From Octopus bimaculoides (Eukaryota), in the NCBI RefSeq assembly GCF_001194135.2, contig NC_068986.1, positions 105,887,730-105,951,273 on the forward strand: a stretch of DNA of 63,544 nucleotides, in the 5' to 3' direction. Every line of letters starts with the position of its first letter. The stretch's first letter is position 1. The notes below the pieces were generated by a model that saw only the letters and a list, made by a program, of their open reading frames with translations, was not told the origin of the DNA and did no database searches. The translations under genes and the position numbers were made by a program. Shown here one piece after another: positions 48,350 through 57,698 of the stretch.

Positions 48350-50037
48350 CCAACGTTGCCTTCCTGGCACATAAAAAGACATTCGTGTGAGATCGTTGCC
48401 AGTGCCGATAGACTGGCTCCTGTGCAGGTGGCACGTAAAATACACCATTTTGAGCGTGGCTGTTGCCAGTACCGCCTGACTGGCCCTCATGCCGGTGGCA
48501 AGTAAAAGCACCCACCACACTCTGAGTGGTTGGCGTTAGGAAGGGCATCCAACTGTAGAAACTCTGCCAAATCAGATTGGAGCCTGGTGTCGTCTCCTGG
48601 TCCACCAGTCCTCAGTCAAATCGTCCAACCCATGCTAGCATGGAAAGCGGACGTTAAACGACGATGATGATGATGATGATGATATATATAAATATATATA
48701 TATATACGTATATATATATATATATACGCATATATATATATGTGTATATATACTTTTTGAGGGTATGTTCCAATACGTCATCACAACCATTTTCATTACT
48801 TTTTTCCCAGTTCAGGCAGTGATGGACCTCCTCTGCAACAAAGACACCTGTTTCTATACCCCTGTGATACCCTTGCCTCTCAGCACCAGGTATAACCACC
48901 ACCACCACCCCACTGCCTCAATTGAAGAATCTTGTCTTGTGAGCATCTTGGCAACTTGACTAATATCAGTGACACAGAAATGCACCAAGAGCACTCTGTA
49001 AAGTGGTTGGCATAAGGAAGGGCATAAAACCATAGAAACCATGCAAAAATAGACATTGGTGCTCAACATGGTCCTGTCAAACCATCTGATCCACACCTGT
49101 ATGGAATATGGATACTAAATGAGAATAATGATGAGGACGACGATGACGACGATGATGATGATGATGATGATTTGGCTAATAACTTAATCCAACCGAAGGT
49201 GGTGAGCAGGCTGGATTGTTAGCTTGTTGGGCCAAATGTGGCTTTTTATTTGTCTTTATATTCTTGAGTTCAAATTCCGCCAAGGCTGACTTTATCTTTT
49301 ATCCTTTCAAGGTCTTATTCAATAAAATAAGTACCAGATAAATATTGGGGGTCGATCCCCAAAATTTCTGGCCTTGTGCCAAGATTTGAAACCAATGTCT
49401 TAATCTAGTCGTGAGGAGAAGGTCAGAATTGTGAAAATCTTAATAGGTATTTTTGAAGATGGCAATTAGAAACAGTAAGATTTCACTTACCTGTAAATTC
49501 CAGTAAACGATCGGATAAAGTGCTTTTACCATGGTCGACATGAGCTATGATGCTAAAATTTCGAATGTATTCAACAGGAAATTTGGATAAGTCCACCTGA
49601 AGAATGGTAAATAAACATCAAAGTTAATTCGTTTAGGCAGAGGATTTGCTGAGGATATACATAAACATATTGTTCAGTGGAACATGATTACATATCATCG
49701 TCATCATTTAATGTCCGTTGTCCATGCTGGCATGGGTTGGACAGTTTGACTCTGGCTGGAAAGCTGGAAGGTTGCACCAGAATCTAGTCTGATTTGGCAT
49801 GGTTTTCTATGGCTGGATGCCCTTCCTAATGCCAACCACTCTGAGAGTGTAGTGGGTGCTCTTATGTGCCATTGGCGCGTAAAAGCACCCATTACACTCT
49901 CGGAGTGGTTGGCGTTAGGAAGGGCATCTAGCTGTAGAGACCATGCCAAATCAGACTGGAGTCTGGCAAAGCTTTCCTGCATGCCAGCCTTGGTCAAACT
50001 ATCCAGCCCATGCCAGTAGGGACAATGGACATTAAAC

Positions 50038-50073
<36 letters not shown>

Positions 50074-50139
50074 ATGTAATCATCTCCACTGAACAATAAT
50101 TAAATGTTAGTTTGGCAATCAGAATACAGATGTCCGTGA

Positions 50140-50183
<44 letters not shown>

Positions 50184-50258
50184 AATAAATTAAGGAGATT
50201 TACCTTGGGTGAAGATGAACTGTAATTTTGATGTAGAACACAGGATTGAAAGGAAGAC
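27013..50258 (-). CDS. GUF1: Translation factor GUF1, mitochondrial (EF4/LepA); 17 located exons, 5' ATG exon not located
   Basis: Exons joined by hand give one open frame (1882 nt) with GT-AG sites and matching phases. Motifs: G1 [31 protein letters not shown]3 DTPGHVDF, G4 NKID, G5 [16 protein letters not shown] and the LepA C-terminus AKC-like [15 protein letters not shown]...[11 protein letters not shown]. Confidence 0.97.
27211..27843. mobile_element. Non-coding ~630-bp element bounded by (AAT)n tracts; family unknown
   Basis: Complex sequence with sharp microsatellite boundaries, no convincing ORF and no tRNA head seen. Confidence 0.45.
27871..28100 (+). mobile_element. R4/Dong 3' fragment, second subfamily
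   Basis: VKVIPLV..(frameshift)..LGSIP...[20 protein letters not shown]; (AAT)n on both sides. Confidence 0.7.
28130..28410 (+). mobile_element. R4/Dong 3' fragment, third subfamily
   Basis: [21 protein letters not shown]...[19 protein letters not shown]. Confidence 0.7.
28620..28832 (-). CDS. GUF1: GUF1 exon 16/17 ([13 protein letters not shown]...IPRQL...KIIARE...KDVLSKC)
   Basis: LepA C-terminal domain; gtacag|...TGT|gtaagt. Confidence 0.96.
29803..29848 (-). CDS. GUF1: GUF1 exon 15/17 ([15 protein letters not shown]), 46 nt
   Basis: SFDYE motif; ttacag|...AAG|gtgagt. Confidence 0.94.
31579..31712 (-). CDS. GUF1: GUF1 exon 14/17 (DRRGV...[22 protein letters not shown])
   Basis: PLNEI..DF.D.LKS..SGYA motif; gttcag|...AG|gtcagt. 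Confidence 0.97.
33494..33595 (-). CDS. GUF1: GUF1 exon 13/17 ([34 protein letters not shown])
   Basis: EP...I.P.EY.G motif; ttgtag|...ATG|gtaagg. Confidence 0.96.
35019..35150. mobile_element. hAT-type MITE (132 bp)
   Basis: TIRs CAGGGCTGTGGAGTCG / CGACTCCACAGCCCAG; 8-bp TSD GTTATAAC / GTTAAAAC; interrupts the tail of an RTE 3'-end repeat. Confidence 0.75.
35264..35334 (-). CDS. GUF1: GUF1 exon 12/17 ([23 protein letters not shown])
   Basis: tttcag|...CAG|gtacca (weak donor). Only candidate seen with the required phases and the NP motif. Confidence 0.82.
35447..35857. mobile_element. Head-to-head inverted duplication (197-bp arms, 17-nt spacer), Penelope-like pLTR remnant
   Basis: 35447-35643 is the reverse complement of 35661-35857 with about 12 mismatches by eye; a hammerhead motif sits at the junction. 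Confidence 0.8.
35616..35658 (-). ncRNA. Type I minimal hammerhead ribozyme motif (non-canonical C.A at the base of stem II)
   Basis: Minus strand: TCCAGA-CTGATGA-CGAG-CAAAGA-CTCA-GAA-ACCTGT-C-TCTGGA. 6-bp stem I, CUGAUGA and GAAA core, GUC cleavage triplet. Confidence 0.6.
36531..36658 (-). CDS. GUF1: GUF1 exon 11/17 ([28 protein letters not shown]...VLYK)
   Basis: LGFLGLLHM motif; acceptor ttttgcaag| directly after an (ATT)n tract; donor gtaaga. Confidence 0.95.
36751..37003 (+). mobile_element. RTE-clade LINE fragment, 5'-truncated: end of RT plus PHD-like Cys/His finger
   Basis: [15 protein letters not shown] (typical post-RT motif) then CSVC...[12 protein letters not shown]...CGRC; starts at an (AAT)n tract and runs into an N-gap. 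Confidence 0.8.
38316..38425 (-). CDS. GUF1: GUF1 exon 10/17 ([30 protein letters not shown]...)
   Basis: Domain [11 protein letters not shown]; tctcag|...AG|gtaaat. Confidence 0.96.
39615..39744 (-). CDS. GUF1: GUF1 exon 9/17 ([25 protein letters not shown]...KPAKAM)
   Basis: AGQVGY and IGDT motifs; tttcag|...ATG|gtgagt. Confidence 0.96.
41248..41338 (-). CDS. GUF1: GUF1 exon 8/17 ([29 protein letters not shown])
   Basis: tgttag|...CT|gtaagt; phases match both neighbours. Confidence 0.93.
42476..42588 (-). CDS. GUF1: GUF1 exon 7/17 ([25 protein letters not shown]...VLTK)
   Basis: Domain II start; ttgcag|...AAAC|gtaagt. Confidence 0.95.
42907..43280 (+). mobile_element. R4/Dong 3' fragment with 3' UTR (same subfamily as 43293-43742)
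   Basis: PVVIGAL...[18 protein letters not shown]; (AAT)n on both sides; near-identical to 43600-43742. Confidence 0.8.
43293..43742 (+). mobile_element. R4/Dong-type non-LTR retrotransposon, restriction-like endonuclease fragment
   Basis: HDRTAQYIH...WWEHKPP...LLWNFTIQT...RPEI...LIDMTVP...[11 protein letters not shown]...IVVGAL...QKIVLIGT; preceded by (AAT)n. Confidence 0.8.
43980..44044 (-). CDS. GUF1: GUF1 exon 6/17 ([21 protein letters not shown])
   Basis: G5 SAK; ttgcag|...CC|gtaagt. Confidence 0.95.
44348..44509 (-). CDS. GUF1: GUF1 exon 5/17 (GVQAQTVAN...PVLNKIDL...TTLK)
   Basis: G4 NKID; tgtcag|...AAG|gtaagt. Confidence 0.97.
44545..44760 (+). mobile_element. Decayed RTE-clade LINE ORF C-terminus
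   Basis: Translates [16 protein letters not shown]...[16 protein letters not shown], matching the RTE RLRWFGH...GRGRP...W.D pattern. Confidence 0.7.
45573..45653 (-). CDS. GUF1: GUF1 exon 4/17 ([27 protein letters not shown])
   Basis: G3 motif; ttccag|...CAC|gtaagc. Confidence 0.97.
46575..46815 (-). mobile_element. Decayed CR1/L2-clade LINE RT C-terminal fragment
   Basis: [32 protein letters not shown]...[18 protein letters not shown] resembles the VRP.LEYAS.VW.P....I..LE.VQ..ATK pattern. Confidence 0.75.
47978..48126 (-). CDS. GUF1: GUF1 exon 3/17 (GTIP...[17 protein letters not shown]...LNLIDTP)
   Basis: Switch I and DTP; ttgcag|...CCA|gtaagt. Confidence 0.97.
49491..49596 (-). CDS. GUF1: GUF1 exon 2/17 ([35 protein letters not shown])
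   Basis: G1/P-loop; cttcag|...ACAG|gtaagt. Confidence 0.97.
50204..50258 (-). CDS. GUF1: GUF1 located exon 1/17 ([18 protein letters not shown]; probable transit-peptide region)
   Basis: ttatattttcag|...CCCAAG|gtaaat. Open, ends in phase 0 into the G1 exon. Poorly conserved region, so support is splice signals and phase only. Confidence 0.7.
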
Positions 50259-51408
50259 CTGAAAATATAATTGAAATGATCAAATTACTGTTAGTGAATG
50301 AAACAGACATCAACTAACAGTTTGTGCTGGACTAGATGGGAAGTAGATACTTTCAGTAACTGAACTGGACATTAATTAACATTAGAAGTGGACAATGACT
50401 GACGAAGACAACAGCAGGCTGAAATATAGAATCCAAAAGTTGATACATGCAATTACTTATAGATTTATCTACTTTGAATTCCAATGATAAAAATGAATTA
50501 TTTCATGTTCTCTTGAAGTTACTAAATTCTTATGACATGAACAATGTAAATTTTCATTGGTAAGAACAAGATTTCTAAAATAGAGAAATTCAAAGGGTTG
50601 CTTTGGTCCAATGGTAGAACATCTGTCGTATTTACAAAAGATGTTGCTTCAAATCCTATGAGCAACCTTAGACTTTCCCAAAAAGTATTTTTCAACCCAA
50701 AATTTGCATGCCATTCATCATCATCATCATCATCGTTTAACATCCGTTTTCCATGCTGGCATGGGTTGGACGGTTTGACTGAGGACTGGCAAGCCAGAAG
50801 GCTGCACCAGTCTCCAAACTGATCTGGCAAAGTTTCTACAGCTGGATGCCCTTCCTAATGCCAACCACTCCAAGAGTGTAGTGGGTGCTTTTACATGCTA
50901 CTGGCACGAGGGCCAGTTAGGTAGTACTGGCAATAGCCACACTCAAATGGGGTTTTTTAACGTGTCACCTGTACAGGAACCAGTCCAACAGCACTGGCAA
51001 CAATCTCGCTTGGATGGTGCTCTTAGCACTCCACTAGCACAGATGCCAGGCATGCGGTGCTGTCCTACTTTAAGTTCCATCATTAAAAATGAATAATAAT
51101 TAATTTTCAATAATAAATTTTTACAGGTGCTGGCATGGCTCTGTGGTAAGAAGCTTGCTTCCCAACTGGCTGACCAAAGCCTTGTGAGTGGATTTAGAAG
51201 ACAGAAACTGAAAGAAGCCTGTGGTATACACATGTATATAAATACCTATATGTGTGTGTGTCTATGTGTCAGTGTTTGTCCTCTGCCACCACTTGACAAG
51301 CTGGTAGCGGTGGGTTTAAGCCCACATAATCTAGCGGTTCAACAAAAAATATTGAGAAACTAAGTACCAGGCTTAAAAGATAATCAAATACTAGGGTCAA
51401 TTCATTTG

Positions 51409-51929
51409 GGGTTATGTCTTTGCATTCGACATCACTTCGTCAAACATCTTTTGGTCTGACATCACTTCGTCAAATGTCTTTACATCCAGGTTTTTTTGTC
51501 CGACATCTTTTTGTGTTATGATTTTCTTTGTCCAACAACTTTTGTCCAATTTTAAATAAGTTCTTTAGAAAACAAGGTGAAATATCTCTAATGATATATT
51601 CACAGAACTATAATGAGCCTCATTATAGGATTGTTATTATCATTCTTTTTTCTTCTCTGTTAACAGTTTTTCTTCCTCTTTTTCCTTCTCTCTTTTAAGT
51701 ATGGTGCTATATATAGAGAGTGCTGCAAATTTAGTGTACACATTTTTAATTTATCCATCCCGAAATGATAAAGTTCATAGTAACGACCAAAAAGCAAAAG
51801 AAAAGTAGTCGATGAAAGTTATTGCATCTATGTTTTTCATTTAAGCAATACAAAACTAGGAAAAAAATACTGGAGATGCGAGGAAAGAAGGCTGTGTTTA
51901 GTGACATCGGACGAAAAGTCAGATCATGG
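51409..51929. mobile_element. Mutator-like non-autonomous element (degenerate TIRs)
   Basis: Interrupts a SINE tail; 9-bp TSD-like ATTCATTTG / ATTCATTCG; subterminal GTC(T/C)GACATCAC repeats with an inverted copy at the right end. Confidence 0.4.
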
Positions 51930-52431
51930 ATTCATTCGATTAAAATTCTTCATGGTGGTGCCCCAGCATGGTCGCAATCTAATGACTAAAACAACTTAAA
52001 GATAAAAATGATGAAGAATTCAGTAATTAAACTTTGTTGTTAATGAATATCATTAAGCTGGTGTTGGGAAATAAAATTATTTTGGAAGGTTTTCAATTAG
52101 CCATATTTCTGCTGAAATATACAACCTTTTTTTTTCTTAATTAATTTTGAAAATAATTAAGAACTTAATAAAAAAAACTTCCTGATTACTATCTTTTATT
52201 TTTTACAGTCATTAGACTGTGGCCATGCTGGGACACCACCTGGAAGAATTTTTGGGTGAATGAATTCACCCCAGTATTAATTTTTTTATACTTGGTACTT
52301 ATTCTATCGATCTTTTTCTGCTGAACTGCTAAGTTATGGGAATATAAACACACCAACATGTGTTATCAGGTGCTGGTGGGCAAACATAGACACTAAAGTT
52401 CTATATTTAAGAGATGAGGAATTATGTACAT

Positions 52432-52536
52432 TATTTACATTTCACGGATATTTGTCCTCATCTTGTTTTTTGTTAACACGTTTCGGCTAATATACCCTCT
52501 AGACTTCACCAGGTGTCTTGGGGAAATTTTGAGCCT
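52432..52536 (-). mobile_element. Penelope-like pLTR fragment, copy 3 (decayed hammerhead)
   Basis: Reverse complement reads caagacac-CTGGTGA-agtctagagggtatattagcc-GAAACGT-gttaac; core mutated. Confidence 0.55.
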
Positions 52537-52557
52537 AATAGTAATAATAATAATAAT

Positions 52558-52800
52558 AGTAGGTGCCTTAGGTATAATAAAAAAAATATTCAGACAAATA
52601 CATAACAAAAACACCAGGACTTACAAATATATATAACATACAGAAAATTGCACTACTGGGCACAGCACACATCCTATGCAAAACACTTTCAATACAGTAA
52701 CCATAAGAGCACCACAGCAAACCACAGCACATACCCAAGGCGCACAGAGCTGCGCTTGGTAGTGAAGTGAAAGCACGTTAAAAAGATAAAACTACTGAAC
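52558..52800 (+). mobile_element. R4/Dong 3' fragment, fourth subfamily
   Basis: IVGALGII..(frameshift)..IQKIALLGTAHILCKTLSIQ*; (AAT)n on both sides. Confidence 0.7.
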
Positions 52801-52835
52801 AATAATAATAATAATAATTATAATAATAATAACAA

Positions 52836-52980
52836 CAACATCTAAAAATACCTTAGGAATGAGAACCCAGGTTCGAAATTTCCCCAAGACATCTGATGAA
52901 GGCTGGAGGGTATATCAGCCGAAACGTTGCTTTAACAACAAACAAGATGAGGACAAATATCCGTCAAATGTAAATAATAA
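52836..52980 (+). mobile_element. Penelope-like pLTR fragment, copy 2 (hammerhead core intact, stem I decayed)
   Basis: CTGATGA 52893-52899, GGCTG/CAGCC stem II, GAAACGTT; the 3' strand of stem I is gcttt and no longer pairs with gacat. Confidence 0.6.
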
Positions 52981-53569
52981 ACACAGACGATAGGCTTCTG
53001 TCAGTTTCTGTCCATGAAATCCACTCGCAAGGCTTTGGTGAGTCCAAGACTGAACCTGGAGCCATGTCATTGAGAAGCAAACTTCTTACCACACAGCTAT
53101 GTCTGTGCCTATAAAACCTGTCAAACTTTAAATTTTTTGATAGAAAGTATTGAAGGTTCTAATTTAGATCACTTTAAAACATGAAGTTTGTATCACAGAA
53201 CCAGGGACAGTCTCAGGAAGGTTAGTATCAAAAGGGTTAAACATGAACAGCCTAAAACAAATAGGGGTTAAGAGATTCAGTAGCCATGAAGAGACTAGGA
53301 ATTGCTTTTCATCTAAGAGTAAAGAAGAGAGAGAGCAAGAGGTGCTGTTACTTGGGCTGAAGGGAAAACATTAACTTCTTTTCTTCCACAGTACTGTGGA
53401 CAATAGCAAGGAGTGAGAACTGGGCAGTCGTTATTAGTATTTTGGACAATAGCTAACAGGAAGTGAATGACAGCTAAGAGACGATTGGACAATATCTAAC
53501 AATAGACATGGACTGTAACTGGACAATAATTAACTGCGGCTGTGAGCTTGTGTTGGCTGCCGTTGAGAC

Positions 53570-53843
53570 CAGGGCTGTGGAGTTGAAACAAAAAACTTTG
53601 ACTGTGACTCCTCTACTATTGGTAGCTTTGACTCCCGACTCCTCTTTGCGTAATTAAGTGATTGTGGTCTACATACCCCATAAAGCATATGCATACGCTT
53701 GTACTTTGAGTAGGCCTATATGTTAGAACTGGTTTATATTAAAAAATAAAGCTATCGTGAGTCGGAATCAGAGTCGGTATGGTTTTACGGACTCCGACTC
53801 CAGCTACCCCTTAATTGTTTCCGACTCTGACTCCATAGCTTTG
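53570..53843. mobile_element. hAT-type MITE (274 bp), longer member of the same family
   Basis: Same left end cagggctgtggagt.gaaacaaaaaactttgact; internal GACTCC repeats; 8-bp TSD GTTGAGAC / GTTGAAAC. Confidence 0.7.
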
Positions 53844-54897
53844 GTTGAAACAAGTGTTCTTGGACACCACACTACCAATTTCTTCTATAAAATCAGGATA
53901 ACTGTAGCTCGTCTTAGATATGAGCCCCATGAGGTGAGATGGCCGTTGCTGGCCATTGCCTGCACCAATGCCATTGAGGTCATGCCCACGAGGTACTCCA
54001 TTTGTTCTGGGATGTACATCCTGTTACTCCCTCCCACCGTCTTCTGCTACTCAATCCCCACCCCACCAATTTTTCTTTTTCTTTGTTTTCTTATGATAGC
54101 TACGGGTTTTTCTCTCAATAATTTGATCCTTTAGACTTTTAATATCTTTTCCCTTTCATTAACAGAGTGGGAGGGCAGGAACTAACTGAGATGTGGGCAG
54201 CAACTGGACATCAGCCAACAACAGAAGTGGGCAGAACTGGACATCAGCTAAAAATGGAAGTTGGCAGTTAGTAGCTGAGGGCTGGGTATTAACTGGACAA
54301 TAACTAACAAGTGAAAGTGGATAGAAATTCAGAGCCTATAGCAGAAATGGGTGGTAATTAACTGAGGGCTGGGCAATAAACAGGGACACTCAATGGTGAA
54401 AATGGGCAGTAACAAACAGATGAATGGATGGTCAATAACAACCAATAGGATGAGGAGAAAATAGATTCATCAATAAGTGAAAAAGAATTATTGATCTACC
54501 TAGTTCCTTCTTGCTACAGTAACATAACAAAACCTTGTTATTATCTTTAAAAAATAGTATATCAGTAGAATGTTTTTAATACTGACTCTGGTTTATATAA
54601 CACTGGTTATAAAATATTCATTAGAGATGATATCATTAAAAATAATAAAAATACAATATTGGGATACTGTATAATTAGATATACTGTTTACAATAAGAAA
54701 TTACTTAGAGATTATTTTTTATGGTGAAATGTGTCATGTTATATACATAGATACGTATCTGTGTGTGTGTGTGTGAATGTGTGTGTGTATGTGTGCGTGT
54801 GTAGATAAGAAGCTCACCCCGAACCAAGATATCTTGGGTTCAGTTCCAAGCAGTGACCTGAACAATAATAATAATAATAATAACGATAATAATAATA

Positions 54898-55040
54898 ACA
54901 TCGAAAAATATCTTAGGAATGAGAACCCAGGTTCTAAATTTCCCCAAGACACCTGAAGAAGGCTGGAGGGTATATCAGCCGAAACGTTGTGTTAACAACA
55001 AACAAAATGAGGACAAATATCCATTGAATGTAAATAATGC
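54898..55040 (+). mobile_element. Penelope-like pLTR fragment, copy 1
   Basis: Shares about 140 bp with 52836-52980 (+) and 52432-52536 (-); carries a hammerhead; preceded by (AAT)n. Confidence 0.6.
54948..54993 (+). ncRNA. Type I minimal hammerhead ribozyme motif in a Penelope-like fragment
   Basis: GACAC-CTGAAGA-A-GGCTG-GAGGGTATAT-CAGCC-GAA-ACGT-T-GTGTT. Intact core, 5-bp stem II, palindromic ACGT stem III, GUU triplet, 5-bp stem I. Confidence 0.7.
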
Positions 55041-55102
55041 TAATAATCAATAATTTTACCAAGTAGTCAGTACGTTAAAAAAACCTTTTTAGGTGAATTA
55101 TT

Positions 55103-55544
55103 CAAAATATTCTATAATATATGCATAATTATAATCAAGGGTCAGCTAAGTGCTTCACCACGTACCGAAATTAGAAATAGACGCTAATGTCTTTTCAACT
55201 ACCATAAAAATCTGAGACAATAACACACATTTTTATATAGGCAAAAAGAAAAATAATGAATCCATACGACTTTGGTTAACCACAGATGCGTTTTGAATTT
55301 AAAGTAAATTATATTTACCTATTATTCTACTCTGTGTGATACTCCGAGTTATAAATTTGCGAGTGTTAGGATTAAATATGTACGTACGGATTCATCATTT
55401 TTCTTTTTACCAACATAAAAAAAGTGTGCTATTGTCTTGGAGATTTTTATGGTAGTTGAAAAGACATTAGTGTTTATTTCTAATTCAGTACATGGTGAGG
55501 CACTTAGCTGATTATAATTATGTATATAATTATAGAATATTTTG
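55103..55544. repeat. Foldback / MITE-like inverted repeat (about 165-bp arms, about 114-bp spacer)
   Basis: 55103-55268 pairs with 55383-55544, with several mismatches and small indels. Confidence 0.7.
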
Positions 55545-55686
55545 TATATGTATATATATATATATATATATTTGTTCTTCACTGTTCTTATTCTAGTGAA
55601 GAACGAATATATAGTGTGTGTGTTTTTTGGCAAAAATAAAAAATGAGGCATATAATTACATATACTGTTCACAGCAAGAAATTACT

Positions 55687-56142
55687 GTGGCTGTGTGGTA
55701 AGTAGCCTGCTTACGAACCACATGGTTCCGGGTTCAGTCCCACTGCGTGACACCTACTATAGCCTCGGGCCAACCAGAGCCTTGTGAGTGGATTTGGTAG
55801 ACAGGAACTGAAAGAAGCCCGTCGTATATATGTANNNNNNNNNNNNNNNNNNNNNNNNNNNNNNNNNNNNNNNNNNNNNNNNNNNNNNNNNNNNNNNNNN
55901 NNNTATATATATATATATGTATGTATGTGTATGTGTGTGCATGTTTGTGTCTGTGTCTGTCACCCCAACATCGCTTGACAACCAACGCTGGTGTGTTTAG
56001 GTCTCCGTAACTTAGCAGTTCGGCAAAAGAGACCAATAGAATAAGTAATAGGCTTACAAAGAATAAGTCCTAGGGTCGATTAGCTCGACTATAGGTGCTC
56101 CAGCATGGCCACAGTCAAATGACTGAAATAAGTAAAAGAGTA
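55687..56142 (+). mobile_element. Family B tRNA-derived SINE
   Basis: Same structure in the plus orientation, with an N-gap in its microsatellite. Confidence 0.8.
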
Positions 56143-57481
56143 AACAGCATCCCAAAATACAACCAATGTTTCAACAAACAACTCCACATCAGGAATCTTG
56201 CAACACAAATTCATAAACATGTGTGTATATATACATATACATATATATATGTAAATATATAAAAACAGCTGTAAGACTCTATCCAAAAAATTCTTCAACC
56301 TTACCTTTGCTCTCTTTATCCCTTTGTTTTTATATATTTACACATACACACGCTAATACACGACTTATAATACCCAATCATGTTCATACAACGACTGGGG
56401 CAAACTAGTCGGTATACAGCACTTACTCGGTATTACCTGTATCCTCCGGGGTTTGGTTAAATCCAATACCCTCCTCAACCTTANNNNNNNNNNNNNNNNN
56501 NNNNNNNNNNNNNNNNNNNNNNNNNNNNNNNNNNNNNNNNNNNNNNNNNNNNNNNNNNNNNNNNNNNNNNNNNNNNNNNNNNNNNNNNNNNNNNNNNNNN
56601 NNNNNNNNNNNNNNNNNNNNNNNNNNNNNNNNNNNNNNNNNNNNNNNNNNNNNNNNNNNNNNNNNNNNNNNNNNNNNNNNNNNNNNNNNNNNNNNNNNNN
56701 NNNNNNNNNNNNNNNNNNNNNNNNNNNNNNNNNNNNNNNNNNNNNNNNNNNNNNNNNNNNNNNNNNNNNNNNNNNNNNNNNNNNNNNNNNNNNNNNNNNN
56801 NNNNNNNNNNNNNNNNNNNNNNNNNNNNNNNNNNNNNNNNNNNNNNNNNNNNNNNNNNNNNNNNNNNNNNNNNNNNNNNNNNNNNNNNNNNNNNNNNNNN
56901 NNNNNNNNNNNNNNNNNNNNNNNNNNNNNNNNNNNNNNNNNNNNNNNNNNNNNNNNNNNNNNNNNNNNNNNNNNNNNNNNNNNNNNNNNNNNNNNNNNNN
57001 NNNNNNNNNNNNNNNNNNNNNNNNNNNNNNNNNNNNNNNNNNNNNNNNNNNNNNNNNNNNNNNNNNNNNNNNNNNNNNNNNNNNNNNNNNNNNNNNNNNN
57101 NNNNNNNNNNNNNNNNNNNNNNNNNNNNNNNNNNNNNNNNNNNNNNNNNNNNNNNNNNNNNNNNNNNNNNNNNNNNNNNNNNNNNNNNNNNNNNNNNNNN
57201 NNNNNNNNNNNNNNNNNNNNNNNNNNNNNNNNNNNNNNNNNNNNNNNNNNNNNNNNNNNNNNNNNNNNNNNNNNNNNNNNNNNNNNNNNNNNNNNNNNNN
57301 NNNNNNNNNNNNNNNNNNNNNNNNNNNNNNNNNNNNNNNNNNNNNNNNNNNNNNNNNNNNNNNNNNNNNNNNNNNNNNNNNNNNNNNNNNNNNNNNNNNN
57401 NNNNNNNNNNNNNNNNNNNNNNNNNNNNNNNNNNNNNNNNNNNNNNNNNNNNNNNNNNNNNNNNNNNNNNNNNNNNNNNNN

Positions 57482-57698
57482 CCTTTGAATTACAAGTACA
57501 ACAGAAACAGGAAGAAAGAGTGAGAGAAAGTTGTGGTGAAAGAGTACAGCAGGGTTCGCCACCATCCCCTGCCGGAGCCTCGTGGAGCTTTGGGTGTTTT
57601 CGCTCAATAAACACTCACAACGCCAGGTCTGGGAATCGAAACTGCGATCCTATGACCGCGAGTCCGCTGCCCTAACTACTGGGCCATTGCGCCTCCAC
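57482..57698 (-). mobile_element. tRNA-derived SINE (family D)
   Basis: Head GTGGAGGCGCAATGGCCCAGTAGTTAGGGCAGCGG...GTTTCGATTCCC; related heads near 15680-15985, 32710-33030 and 40770-41010. Confidence 0.7.

Noticed and set aside
55320-55400. Transit-peptide-like frame IRTYIFNPNTRKFITRSITQSRII as GUF1 exon 1
   Set aside because: No in-frame ATG (preceded by TGA TGA), wrong phase, and it lies within the foldback element.
57600-57698. tRNA-like sequences (also heads of families B and C)
   Set aside because: A/B boxes are present but no full cloverleaf, and each continues into a SINE body; not tRNA genes.
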